This document shows positions 53,638-61,892 of a DNA stretch of 61,892 bases, one piece after another; the first letter of the stretch is position 1; every line of letters begins with the position of its first letter. Source of the stretch: an uncultured Candidatus Saccharibacteria bacterium (lineage in GTDB: Bacteria > Patescibacteriota > UBA1384 > DTJR01); NCBI GenBank assembly GCA_964580065.1, contig CAZOJE010000004.1, forward strand, positions 1 through 61,892. Reading direction: 5' to 3'. The position numbers were made by a program, and so were the translations under genes. The notes below the pieces were generated by a model. That model was given only the letters and a program-made list of their open reading frames with translations. It did no database searches and was not told the origin of the DNA.

Positions 53638-54012
53638 TCAGGCCGTTACTTTGATAACTCGAGTTTTAGATTTTTCTTGTTTGGGAATGAGAATCGTTAA
53701 AATTCCATCTTTTAGTCCGGCTTGGGCTTTTTCCGAGTCAACCGGAACGGGGATAATGTAGGCCCGCGAAAAAGATCCCCAGTAACACTCTTGGCAAAAG
53801 TAGTCGGCCTCACCAATCGCCGGCTCTTGTTTCCTCTTGCCTTTAATCGTGATAACTTCGTCCGTTATGGAAATTTCAATATCGCTTGGCTTGACGCCCG
53901 CAATAGGGGCTTTAACCACGATCGCATCGTTAGTTTGATAAGCATCAACGGCTAATTGCCCTTCATACTCCTCAAACATCCCCTCTTCGTCCTTACGAGC
54001 TTCTTTTGCCAA
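53638..54012 (-). CDS. Hsp20/alpha-crystallin small heat-shock protein
   Basis: The alpha-crystallin domain is present (QLAVDAYQTNDAIVVKAPIAGVKPSDIEISI...GILTILIPK). The TTG at 54012, 4-6 nt after AAGGAGGGG, is preferred. The ORF-track GTG at 54030 would sit only about 6 nt from the predicted transcription start. Confidence 0.75.
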   Translation of the reverse strand: MAKEARKDEEGMFEEYEGQLAVDAYQTNDAIVVKAPIAGVKPSDIEISITDEVITIKGKRKQEPAIGEADYFCQECYWGSFSRAYIIPVPVDSEKAQAGLKDGILTILIPKQEKSKTRVIKVTA

Positions 54013-54042
54013 TTTGCCCCTCCTTCTCACTTTCCACTTTAA

Positions 54043-54071
54043 ATTTTAACGCACCCGATTTTTATATGCAA
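54043..54071 (-). promoter_or_regulatory. Sigma70-type promoter of the hsp20 gene
   Basis: On the - strand it reads TTGCAT (54066-54071), a 17-nt spacer, then TAAAAT (54043-54048). Confidence 0.5.
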
Positions 54072-54101
54072 GAGTTCGCGCTCGCCTAGACGCGCTACCG
54101 G

Positions 54102-54437
54102 CTATTCTTGAGGACGTTTTCTGACAACGAATTTGATTTTTAGTATCTTGTCTTGGCCCAAAACCGCATTGATTTTTTGGCGAATCTGTTTTTCTTGCAA
54201 TCTCAAGATATGCGCTTTCGCGTCCGACGATACCGCCACTTTTAAAAATCCTTCTGTAAAACTAATCGGGGCAAATTCTTTGCCAAAAAGCTCGCTGGTG
54301 GCCGCGCAAACACGCGCGGCCACCAAACCTCGACCCAACCCCTTATCGGCGATTCGCCGGCTTAAAATCTCGCTCAACGACTCTTGGACCGAAGATACTA
54401 GACGTTTAGGGCGGGGTTTTTTGCTCATATTATTCAT
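54102..54437 (-). CDS. DUF721/DciA-like protein
   Basis: This is a small basic protein directly after recF, the conserved position of DUF721. The ATG at 54437 (MNNMSKKPRPK) is preferred. Confidence 0.6.
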   Translation of the reverse strand: MNNMSKKPRPKRLVSSVQESLSEILSRRIADKGLGRGLVAARVCAATSELFGKEFAPISFTEGFLKVAVSSDAKAHILRLQEKQIRQKINAVLGQDKILKIKFVVRKRPQE

Positions 54438-55488
54438 TTTTTTCCAGTAAAATAAGTTTTTCTTTCTGGCGCAAAATTTCCGGCACGACCTCATTGTCAG
54501 TTGCCGAAATAATAATTTGGCCGTCAGGAAGATTTTTGGCTAAACGGCCGCGACGAGCCAAATCTAATTCTGAAAAAACATCGTCCAAAATTAAAATAGG
54601 CGGTTCGTTATCAACGGTTAAAAATTTAGCTTCTTCGATTTTTAAAGCTAGAGCCGCCAGCCGTTCCTCGCCCCGCGAAGCGTGGTCTTTTAAGACAAAA
54701 CTATCTCGAACAAAAGCAAAATCATCGCGGTGCGGCCCGAGAGTTGTCGTGCCTGACTTTAAATCAGATTCGCGACAAGCCACCAAGGCCTCGGCGAAGC
54801 GATCGTAATCGGTACTTGGTTTATAAACAATTTTAAGGCCGTCCTTGTCGGCTCCTAAAGCGGCATGCGTTTCCCCTAGCCCTTGAGCAATCGAGGAAAG
54901 AAAACCTTGTCTTTTAGCAACAACTTCGGCCGTTTGCTCAATCAGCTTTTCGTCCCAAAAATCCAGAGCGGCCAAATCAGCTCGTCCAAGAGCGATGAGC
55001 TTAAGCAAGCCATTGCGTTGGCGTAAAACACTTTTTAGAGTTAGCAACGTTTCCACATATTTGCGGTCGGTTTGCGCCACCGTCATGTCAATTTCGCGGC
55101 GGCGAACGTCCGGTGAGCCGCCGACTAAACCAACGGTTTCAGGATTAAACAAGACCGCTCTTTCGTGTCCGATTAGAGCCGAATTGGATATTTTTTGATT
55201 CTCGATTTTAACAATTTTTTCTTTTTTGGTAATCGCCACGGCAATTTTTTCCTTGCGCTCGTCGCGAGTAAATACGGCTTCCAGTCGCCCCACCTCCTCG
55301 CCTTCTCTGATCGCCAATGAATCGGTTGGCACCGACAAAAGCCGGCCAAAGCCAAAAAGAGCGACCGATTCCAAAACAGTTGTCTTGCCTGCCCCGTTTG
55401 GACCAACCAAAAGATTTACTGACCGATCAAAATCGAATTTAATATTCTGGAACGACCTGACATTTGTCAGTTTGAGCGATAAAATCAT
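54430..55488 (-). CDS. recF: DNA replication and repair protein RecF
   Basis: It has the Walker A motif LVGPNGAGKTTVLE, an SMC-like signature region, and the Walker B motif ILILDDVFSELD. Confidence 0.9.
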   Translation of the reverse strand: MILSLKLTNVRSFQNIKFDFDRSVNLLVGPNGAGKTTVLESVALFGFGRLLSVPTDSLAIREGEEVGRLEAVFTRDERKEKIAVAITKKEKIVKIENQKISNSALIGHERAVLFNPETVGLVGGSPDVRRREIDMTVAQTDRKYVETLLTLKSVLRQRNGLLKLIALGRADLAALDFWDEKLIEQTAEVVAKRQGFLSSIAQGLGETHAALGADKDGLKIVYKPSTDYDRFAEALVACRESDLKSGTTTLGPHRDDFAFVRDSFVLKDHASRGEERLAALALKIEEAKFLTVDNEPPILILDDVFSELDLARRGRLAKNLPDGQIIISATDNEVVPEILRQKEKLILLEKNE

Positions 55489-55494
55489 AAGGTT

Positions 55495-56586
55495 TTATTC
55501 CGACCTCAACGGCATAATTACATAACGGAAAGATGAATCCCCTTCAGCGCTTAACAATCCCGGACTCAAAGGTCCGGATAATTGTAATTTAACTTCTCCG
55601 GACGTAATGGCGTTAATCCCGTCAAGAAGAAATTTGACGTTAAAGGAAACCGCCAGAGGAGAACCCTTGGTCGAGGCCTCAACTTGCGTTTGCGAATCCC
55701 CTGTTTGAGCGCTAACCGCACTCAAAATTATTTTTGAGTCTTCGCCAGAGAGTTTAATGTTATTGCCAGATTCGCGGGCAAAAATACTGGCCACCCTTAA
55801 ACCCTCGACCAATTTATCTTTTTGACAAATGACTTCGTAAACAAATTCTTTGGGAATGATTTGATTGTAATCAGGAAAATTACCCTCAATTTGTCGGGTT
55901 AAAAACAAGATGTCCTGGCAAAGAAACTGTACTTGATTATCGCCGATGGAAACTTCAACGATCGAATCGTCAGCCGGTAAAGTTCGCGCCAGCTCGGTAG
56001 CCGTTCTTTGCGACACGATGGCTTGTGAAGGACTTAGGTCATCTAGTTTAATGCGCTGTTCGGCCAGACGATAGCTATCGGTCGCGACAATGCGCAAGTC
56101 TTTGCCAGCCAAAAATAAAATGCCGGACAACACGGGCCGTGTTTCGTCCAACGCCGCGGCCGATGAAACGGCCAAAAGGGCGTTTTTCAGCGTGTTCGCG
56201 GCAATTTTGAAGCCCTTTTCGCTTTTAACGGGTGTAATAATTGGAAATTCATCGGCCGCAATGCCTTTGATTGTAGCGTTGTTTTGGCCACCCTTCACTC
56301 TAACGTCAGTGTCATTGGCAACAATCTCTAAAACATCATCGGAGCTTGATTGAGCGTACTCTAAAATCGTTCTGGCCGGTACAGTAATGGCGCCTTCTTC
56401 TTCAATTTTTGCCTCCAGCCAAACAGTCGCCGAAGATTCAAGATCGGTCGCCACCACTTTAACTCTATCGCGATCGGTCGCAATCATTATATTTGACAAA
56501 ACCGGTAAGCTCACCCTCGTTTTGACGGTTTTTGCCGCTACCGCCAGCGCTTTTGAAAGATTTTCTCTCTTGCAGCTTAATCTCAT
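55495..56586 (-). CDS. dnaN: DNA polymerase III beta sliding clamp
   Basis: The ATG at 56586 is preferred, with AAGGAG 5 nt upstream. The N-terminus is MRLSCKRENLSKAL...LPVLSNIMI. At about 363 aa it is consistent with three domains. Confidence 0.9.
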   Translation of the reverse strand: MRLSCKRENLSKALAVAAKTVKTRVSLPVLSNIMIATDRDRVKVVATDLESSATVWLEAKIEEEGAITVPARTILEYAQSSSDDVLEIVANDTDVRVKGGQNNATIKGIAADEFPIITPVKSEKGFKIAANTLKNALLAVSSAAALDETRPVLSGILFLAGKDLRIVATDSYRLAEQRIKLDDLSPSQAIVSQRTATELARTLPADDSIVEVSIGDNQVQFLCQDILFLTRQIEGNFPDYNQIIPKEFVYEVICQKDKLVEGLRVASIFARESGNNIKLSGEDSKIILSAVSAQTGDSQTQVEASTKGSPLAVSFNVKFLLDGINAITSGEVKLQLSGPLSPGLLSAEGDSSFRYVIMPLRSE

Positions 56587-56620
56587 TATTTCTCCTTTTT
56601 TTACTATATATTTTATTGAG

Positions 56621-56760
56621 TTTTCCACAGGGCCTGTGGAAAAGTTGGGGAATGGGCTGTGGAAAACTTTTTTTTAGCCGAATTTGGCGCGAGTTTTCCA
56701 CAGGATATCGGCGAGTTTTCCACAGGTTTTTCCACAGGTTTTTAAGGTTCAATCCACAAT
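56621..56760. promoter_or_regulatory. DnaA-box cluster (oriC part 1) between dnaA and dnaN
   Basis: TTTTCCACA or TGTGGAAAA occurs at 56621, 56635, 56658, 56694, 56716 and 56728, with AATCCACA near 56751. An AT-rich tract lies at about 56590-56620. Confidence 0.8.
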
Positions 56761-56792
56761 TTCAACAAGCTTATTACTATGACTTATGTATT

Positions 56793-58136
56793 TTATATAT
56801 TTAAAGTAACAAATAAGGATTGTCTAATTTTTTCCACATCATCTTTTATATTAATGTCTGTGCTTAAAAGATTTTTGATTTTCTTTTCAGCATATAAAAT
56901 GGTGGTATGATCTTTTCCGCCCATAATCTTGCCAATTTCCGGTAAGGATTTATTGGTGTTCTCGCGAATCAAAAATATAGAAATTTGGCGAGGGACGGAA
57001 AGCTCTTTTTTTCGGCTACGACTTAACAACTCTTCACGGGCAATTTTGTAGAATTTGCAAACAGCGTTGATTATTTCGGCCGAATCAACTGTCTTACTGG
57101 TCGTTGAAACCATGTCTTTTAATACTTCGGTGGCGACCGGAATTGATGGAGTAATTTTATTGAATTGGCAATGAATCATTAGCCGGTTAAGCGCTCCCTC
57201 TAACTCTCTAATATTGGAAGGAATATTCCTCGCAATATATTCAATAACATTTTCAGGGATAACAAAACCTTTTTCGCGGCACTTTTCCCCTAAAATCGCC
57301 ATTCTTGTTTCGAGATTGGGCGGCTGAACGTCAACCACCATGCCCCCGCCGAAGCGACTGGCTAAGCGGCCTTCAAGAGCGGGGATAGCTTGAGGAATTT
57401 TATCGGCGGTTAAGATGATTTGGCGAGATTTTTGTTGTAAAGAATTAAAGGTGTGAAAAAATTCCTCTTGCGAACCTTCTTTCGATGATAAAAACTGAAC
57501 ATCGTCAACGATCAAAACGTCAACTTCGCGGTAATTGCGCTTAAAATCATTCATTTTTTTAGTGGCGATGGCGTTTATGAAATCGTTGGTAAAAGTCTCG
57601 CACGAAACATAAACAATTTTGGCTTTTTTATCATTTTGCAAGAGCTCATTCCCGACGGCTTGGGCCAGATGGGTTTTGCCCAGACCGACACCGCCATAAA
57701 TAAACAGGGGATTATGACGCACTCCGGGATTAAGGGCGACTTCTTTGGCAACAGCATAAGCCAGTGAGTTGTTGTTACCGACAATGAAGGTGTCGAAAGT
57801 ATATTCTTTGCGAAGATTGGAATTGGCCTGCGGGGGAGTGGTTACCGGTTTTTTCGGTTCGATTTCAATAGGCAGTTGCTCAAGGCGGATATTTTTCTTA
57901 ATCTTGAAAGCGACCGTTTTAACGGTTGGCTCAAGCTCCTGCAGAATTTTGGTGATATTGCCGCGATACTTGCTTTCAAGCAGGTCTTTTGAATAACTAT
58001 TGGGCACGCCAATGAAAGCTGTACCGTCTTTAATGCCGGTCAGTTCGGTGCTTTTAAACCACGTTGAAAACTGCATCTTGCCTAGATGATTTTCCATTTC
58101 TTTAAGCGCTTTTTGCCACAAAACATTTTTGTCCAA
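56793..58136 (-). CDS. dnaA: Chromosomal replication initiator protein DnaA
   Basis: It has the Walker A motif GGVGLGKTHL, the box VII/sensor regions, and a C-terminal DnaA-box-binding HTH. The ORF-track start at 58223 runs through DnaA boxes. The TTG at 58136, just after AAGGAGGG, gives a protein of about 447 aa with the usual N-terminus ..LWQKAL. The exact start is uncertain. Confidence 0.9.
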   Translation of the reverse strand: MDKNVLWQKALKEMENHLGKMQFSTWFKSTELTGIKDGTAFIGVPNSYSKDLLESKYRGNITKILQELEPTVKTVAFKIKKNIRLEQLPIEIEPKKPVTTPPQANSNLRKEYTFDTFIVGNNNSLAYAVAKEVALNPGVRHNPLFIYGGVGLGKTHLAQAVGNELLQNDKKAKIVYVSCETFTNDFINAIATKKMNDFKRNYREVDVLIVDDVQFLSSKEGSQEEFFHTFNSLQQKSRQIILTADKIPQAIPALEGRLASRFGGGMVVDVQPPNLETRMAILGEKCREKGFVIPENVIEYIARNIPSNIRELEGALNRLMIHCQFNKITPSIPVATEVLKDMVSTTSKTVDSAEIINAVCKFYKIAREELLSRSRKKELSVPRQISIFLIRENTNKSLPEIGKIMGGKDHTTILYAEKKIKNLLSTDINIKDDVEKIRQSLFVTLNI

Positions 58137-58154
58137 AACCCTCCTTTCCACAAG

Positions 58155-58375
58155 TTTTCCACAGGCACTCCCACTGTAAAACGAGTTATCCACAATCGTC
58201 AAGGGCCTGTGGAAAACTGACACTTTGAACCTGCAAAATCGCTTGTTAATGACAAATTTATATGAGCGTGTTCGCGCTTTGTTTGTAGGGCCTGTGGAAA
58301 AACTGTGGAAAACTTTTGCGTGGCTGTGGAAAACTCATTGCGGCCTGTGGAAAACTTTTACGTGCCTGTGGAAAA
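58155..58375. promoter_or_regulatory. DnaA-box cluster (oriC part 2 / dnaA promoter region)
   Basis: TTTTCCACA lies at 58155 and a perfect TTATCCACA at 58186. TGTGGAAAA occurs at 58208, 58293, 58304, 58325, 58346 and 58367. Confidence 0.8.
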
Positions 58376-58442
58376 CTTTTTCTTTTGCCGGTTAGCATTT
58401 CTTTAAAACACATTTTTTAGTAAATTATAGTTAGGAGTGTAA

Positions 58443-59960
58443 ATGTCGGAAAAAGTAAACGCCAATTTTTTCGAAGATCGGAAAGTGGCATGCCTCGATA
58501 TCCATACCCCTATTTATATTGCTTCGAGGGTTAATCTCTGCGGCGCCGGTGATGTGGGCAGCTTGTACCCCCTGATTGATAAGGCGGCTGAAGCCGGCTT
58601 TCGTATTATTCAGCTCAACCCCATTCAAGACACAATCACCGCTTCGCCCTACATGGGAACCAGCATTTTTTCTTATAATCCAATTTTTCTTTGGCTGGGC
58701 GGGCTCGATAAGGAAACACAGCAAATCAAAATCCCTTCAAGGGTTAAAAAAGAATTACCAATTGTTCAGTATCGTCATTTGCGCGAGTTTAAATTGCTTG
58801 TTTTAAAGCAAATGTATGACCGATCAAATATTAAGATAAAAATCGAAGATTTTGATCGCGAAGTGGTGGCCTATGCTCTTTTTTCGGTTTTGAAGCGAAG
58901 ATTTAAAAGGTCGTGGGCGAATTGGCCAAAAATATATAAAGAAGCTGATTTGGCGAAAATTCTTTCCCGCAGTGAATCTTTGCGAGAGCAAGTAAGGTTT
59001 GTTTTGTTTTCACAAAGTATTTTGCGTCAGCAATGGCTTGACGTTGCGGCCTATGCGCGAAAAAAGGGGATTTATTTATGTATGGATAAGCCGATTTATC
59101 CTGTCTATGGCAGTGCGGAGGTTTGGGCAAATCAGCATCTTTTTTATTTAAATAAAGATGGCTCCCTTAAATATAAATCCGGTTGCAACAATCCCCGTGA
59201 TCCTTTTGGCGAACAGGTTTGGGGACACGCCGTTTATCAATTTAAACAAAAACCGGACGAAGTGATCAACTATTTTGCTAAATCGATTGGTTTTATTGCC
59301 GAGACGTCAAAAATGGTGCGATTAGACCATTCGCTGGCCTTGATTTGGAAATATTATCTTATCAACGCCAAAACTAAAAAGGGTCATTATGAAAAGGCCC
59401 TCAAAAGCAAAATATTTGATTTCCTTATCGAAAAATTTCCCGATGTTTTCTTCGTGGCTGAAGACGTTGGCTACTCGGCGCCCAAAATCGACCGACTTTT
59501 GAGTAAGTATGAATTGCCCGGAATGCGTTCACCGCAATGGACCAATCGGGATCGTTACACCAAAACGAGCCGTTATCCTTTTCACTCGGTGGCGGTGGCT
59601 TCCAGCCACGATCTAGATACGGTGAGTGCTTGGTGGTCGAAGCTAGACCACCAGCAAAGATATATTTATTACAAAAAAATGACTGATTTATACAAAAAAA
59701 GGCAAAGACCACACCGAATTAGGATAGAAAAAGAGGAGTTAGTCCGAAGGGTGATTAAAATGGTTTTTGATTCGCCTGCTCAAATAGCGGTGGTTACTTT
59801 GCGTGATTTGTCCGGCGATGAACGCCGTTATAATATGCCCGGGCAAAAAAATCGAACGAACTGGAAATTACACAGCCCCAGGCCAATCGAAGAAACTGAC
59901 TTCGGCTTTATTAAAAAAGTGATCGAGGATTCCGGTCGTCGCCCAAAGGCACCCAGCTAA
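58443..59960 (+). CDS. malQ: 4-alpha-glucanotransferase (amylomaltase, GH77)
   Basis: The GH77 catalytic regions are present ([24 protein letters not shown]), and the length is 505 aa. Confidence 0.8.
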   Translation: MSEKVNANFFEDRKVACLDIHTPIYIASRVNLCGAGDVGSLYPLIDKAAEAGFRIIQLNPIQDTITASPYMGTSIFSYNPIFLWLGGLDKETQQIKIPSRVKKELPIVQYRHLREFKLLVLKQMYDRSNIKIKIEDFDREVVAYALFSVLKRRFKRSWANWPKIYKEADLAKILSRSESLREQVRFVLFSQSILRQQWLDVAAYARKKGIYLCMDKPIYPVYGSAEVWANQHLFYLNKDGSLKYKSGCNNPRDPFGEQVWGHAVYQFKQKPDEVINYFAKSIGFIAETSKMVRLDHSLALIWKYYLINAKTKKGHYEKALKSKIFDFLIEKFPDVFFVAEDVGYSAPKIDRLLSKYELPGMRSPQWTNRDRYTKTSRYPFHSVAVASSHDLDTVSAWWSKLDHQQRYIYYKKMTDLYKKRQRPHRIRIEKEELVRRVIKMVFDSPAQIAVVTLRDLSGDERRYNMPGQKNRTNWKLHSPRPIEETDFGFIKKVIEDSGRRPKAPS

Positions 59961-59977
59961 CAGAGCGTCTAGCTACC

Positions 59978-60006
59978 TTGAAAGGATCACATTTTTAAGC
60001 TATAAT
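59978..60006 (+). promoter_or_regulatory. Consensus-like promoter of rpmH (leaderless or near-leaderless)
   Basis: It reads TTGAAA (59978-59983), a 17-nt spacer, then TATAAT (60001-60006). The ATG is 9 nt after the -10 element, with no SD. Confidence 0.6.
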
Positions 60007-60015
60007 CTTGCTGTT

Positions 60016-60162
60016 ATGAAACGAACATACCAACCATCAAAACGAAGGAGAATCAAGACGCACGGTTTTAGAGCGCGACTTAAGACATTTGGAGGGCTAA
60101 AAGTGCTCGCCAGACGACGCGCCAAAGGAAGAAAAGTCTTGGCGATCACTTCAGGCAGATGA
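60016..60162 (+). CDS. rpmH: 50S ribosomal protein L34
   Basis: It is absent from the ORF track because it is under 60 aa. The translation is [48 protein letters not shown]. Its stop overlaps the rnpA start (ATGA). Confidence 0.9.
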   Translation: MKRTYQPSKRRRIKTHGFRARLKTFGGLKVLARRRAKGRKVLAITSGR

Positions 60163-60500
60163 TCAAAAAAGAAAATAGGTTAAAAAAATCCCGTTACATC
60201 AAGCGTTGCTTTGATAAGGGCAAGGGGATTAACACCCCCTTTTTTAAACTGCGATCTTTTAAACGAATTGATCGAGCAGAAAACGCTCCTAGCCGGATAG
60301 CGGTGATTTTGTCAAAAAAATTTTCTAAATTAGCGGTCAAAAGAAATTTGGCCCGTCGGCGAATTCAAGCCGCTTTCCGAGAAGATTTAAAAAATTGCCC
60401 GGGGTTTGATATTGTTATCTTGCCTAACCGCCGTGTTTTAGAATGTGACTTTTCGGATTTGCAAGGGGAAGCCAAGAAATGCTTAGATATCTTGCGATAA
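60159..60500 (+). CDS. rnpA: Ribonuclease P protein component
   Basis: This is a small basic protein in the conserved position after rpmH. The [13 protein letters not shown] region matches the RNR motif. Confidence 0.85.
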   Translation: MIKKENRLKKSRYIKRCFDKGKGINTPFFKLRSFKRIDRAENAPSRIAVILSKKFSKLAVKRNLARRRIQAAFREDLKNCPGFDIVILPNRRVLECDFSDLQGEAKKCLDILR

Positions 60501-60748
60501 GAGCAATCAGACTTTACCAAAAAACCTTGAGTCCTGACCATGGCTGGCTAAAGGGGCTTTATCCGAATGGCTGTTGCCGCTTTTATCCCACCTGTAGTGA
60601 ATATACGGCCCAAGCGATTACGGTCAATGGTGTCTTTGTCGGCATTACCCAAGGCATTTGGCGAATCTTGCGCTGTAACCCTTTTTCAAACGTCGGGCGT
60701 GATTATCCTCGAAAAATAAAAATCCCCGAAATATTAAAGAAAATATAA
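60479..60748 (+). CDS. yidD: Membrane protein insertion efficiency factor YidD
   Basis: It contains IRLYQKTLSP....CRFYPTCSEY, the hallmark YidD motif. Confidence 0.85.
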   Translation: MLRYLAIRAIRLYQKTLSPDHGWLKGLYPNGCCRFYPTCSEYTAQAITVNGVFVGITQGIWRILRCNPFSNVGRDYPRKIKIPEILKKI

Positions 60749-60758
60749 AAAGGAAGAG

Positions 60759-61571
60759 ATGACAAAATTTTTTTACAACTTACTCGTTTTGGTTTCATAT
60801 GTCACACCACAACATTATCTTTGGGTGGCGATAGTTTTGATTACCGTTTTATTGCGTTTGGCCTTTGTAAAATCATCTATTTCGATGGCAAAAACACAAT
60901 TGAAGCAGAAACAGCTTCAAGGTGAGATGGATGAAATTAAAAAACGCCACAAGGGTGATGCCCAAAAACAGCAGCAAGCCCTTTTGGAGTTGTATAAAAG
61001 AGAAAATTTCAATCCGTTGGCGAGTTGCCTGCCGATGGTGGTGCAGTTAATCCTTTTCATTGCCCTTTATCGAGTGTTTTATGGCATGGGCGGATCGGCC
61101 GTGAAGCCGGAAATGCTGTATTCTTTTGTGCCGAATCCGGGTCAACTAAACACAATGTTTTTTGGAATTGATTTAGCCAAAACAGTGAGCGAGCTTATAA
61201 AGTTAGGCGGGAGTATGACAATTGCCGGATATGCTTTACCGATAATTACCGGTTTGACCCAGCTTTATCAATCGCTTCAAGCACGAGCGGCCCAACCTAA
61301 ACCAGCCGCTGGCGACACGATGCAAAAAGCGCTTAATAATCAAATGATTATCCTGTTTCCCATAATGACGGTTTATATTTCTTTTGCTTTACCGGCGGCC
61401 CTTTCGATCTATTGGATAACTCAAACGATTTTCATGATTATTCAGCAGGGTTATATCAATAAAAAATATTTTGCTAATCCGATGAAACTTGAAGCGGTTC
61501 CGGTGTCTGACAAAAAAACTTATTCAAAAAACGGCGTGACGGTAGAGGTGAGAAAAAAGAAGTCTTCATAA
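60759..61571 (+). CDS. yidC: Membrane protein insertase YidC (short, Gram-positive/CPR-type)
   Basis: It has five TM segments and an Oxa1/YidC core (..MAKTQLKQKQLQ..M.EIKKRHKGD.QKQQQ....LYK.ENFNP...CLP...Q). It lies in the conserved position after yidD. Confidence 0.85.
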   Translation: MTKFFYNLLVLVSYVTPQHYLWVAIVLITVLLRLAFVKSSISMAKTQLKQKQLQGEMDEIKKRHKGDAQKQQQALLELYKRENFNPLASCLPMVVQLILFIALYRVFYGMGGSAVKPEMLYSFVPNPGQLNTMFFGIDLAKTVSELIKLGGSMTIAGYALPIITGLTQLYQSLQARAAQPKPAAGDTMQKALNNQMIILFPIMTVYISFALPAALSIYWITQTIFMIIQQGYINKKYFANPMKLEAVPVSDKKTYSKNGVTVEVRKKKSS

Positions 61572-61630
61572 GGGCGGTACCAGATAGTTTTTTTGTAGGG
61601 GGAAAACTTTACATTAAGATAAATTTTTAC

Positions 61631-61729
61631 GGAGAGGTGCATAACACAGTCTAGTAAGCTGTTTCGTTTAGCCCGAAGGGCTAATAGGCGGAGCCGCCAA
61701 ACCAGTCTCTTGCGAAGCAAGAGAGGAAG
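61631..61729 (+). pseudogene. tRNA-Ser-derived partial duplicate (5' half, insertion at the anticodon loop, long variable-arm hairpin; no T arm or 3' acceptor)
   Basis: It shares the upstream 24 bp (ctttacattaagataaa.ttttac) and the first 40 nt or so with tRNA-Ser(CGA). About 32 nt (tttagcccgaagggctaataggcggagccgcc) are inserted where the anticodon loop would be. It then resumes with aaaccagt plus a hairpin. Confidence 0.45.
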
Positions 61730-61753
61730 CTTTACATTAAGATAAAATTTTAC

Positions 61754-61843
61754 GGAGAGGTCGCATAGCGGTCTAGTGCGCTGGTTTCGAAAACCAGTGA
61801 GCTCGCAAGGGCTCCGTGGGTTCGAATCCCACCCTCTCCGCCA
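61754..61843 (+). tRNA. tRNA-Ser (anticodon CGA), class II, CCA encoded
   Basis: The acceptor is GGAGAGG/CCTCTCC and the anticodon stem is CTGGT/ACCAG with loop TTCGAAA. The variable arm, T arm and 3' end are identical to those of tRNA-Ser(GCT) at 2453. Confidence 0.9.
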
Positions 61844-61882
61844 TGTACCGCGGCAAAATCAAAGATTTTGGCCTGGTACATG
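61842..61882. repeat. Second copy of the 41-bp imperfect palindrome, internally inverted relative to 2685-2725
   Basis: The sequence is catgtacc-gcggc-aaaatc-aaa-gattttt..: catgtaccgcggcaaaatcaaagattttggcctggtacatg. Both flanks (tRNA 3' end on the left, gcgacgccaa on the right) have the same orientation as at the first locus. Confidence 0.75.
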
Positions 61883-61892
61883 GCGACGCCAA

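Noticed and set aside
58137-58223. The N-terminal extension of dnaA in the ORF track (MSVFHRPLTIVDNSFYSGSACGKLVERRV).
   Set aside because: This stretch contains three DnaA boxes, including the perfect TTATCCACA. A TTG preceded by AAGGAGGG at 58136 gives a normal-length DnaA.
2666-61892. A 59-kb genomic island bounded by direct repeats, since the tRNA-Ser 3' end plus palindrome plus gcgacgccaa occurs at both 2666-2735 and 61822-61892.
   Set aside because: The interval contains oriC, dnaA, dnaN, recF, rpmH, rnpA and yidC, so it is core chromosome. The repeat is better explained by two tRNA-Ser genes sharing 3' halves and a common downstream element.

Overview
This is an AT-rich, gene-dense bacterial chromosome segment that contains the replication origin. 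rpmH-rnpA-yidD-yidC lie on the + strand and dnaA-dnaN-recF-DUF721 on the - strand, with DnaA-box clusters on both sides of dnaA. By inference only, it resembles a Patescibacteria/CPR-type genome: many GT-C-like membrane glycosyltransferases, DUF2304, a TrmB-like regulator, leaderless promoters and many orphan genes. TGA is used as a stop codon, so the genetic code is standard. Roughly 16.1-49.5 kb is one large cell-surface glycan super-cluster. It holds an epimerase, several GT2 enzymes, four polytopic GT-C-like proteins, a Wzx-like flippase, an O-acyltransferase, a neuC/neuB/neuA nonulosonic-acid route, rfbF/G/H plus a ThDP enzyme and an SDR, a nucleotide-sugar dehydrogenase and rmlABCD. Three tRNAs are present (Arg-GCG, Ser-GCT, Ser-CGA), each surrounded by copies of its own 3' or 5' part. 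No integrase, transposase, CRISPR array or rRNA gene was seen. At least five blocks look clearly GC-rich by eye against the AT-rich background, and each carries its own SD sites and GC-rich terminator hairpins: about 119-1127, 8760-14122, 14855-16006, 28797-30560 and 44397-44796. The most unusual locus is 8.3-14.1 kb. It starts with a consensus promoter driving about 1.1 kb of ORF-free, hairpin-dense RNA that ends at an intrinsic terminator. This is followed by a GC-rich operon encoding an orphan 160-aa protein, a MoxR-like AAA+ ATPase and a VWA/MIDAS protein, then a second ORF-free structured stretch and a small orphan gene. All calls rest on reading the sequence and the supplied ORF translations. 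No database search or folding computation was run.
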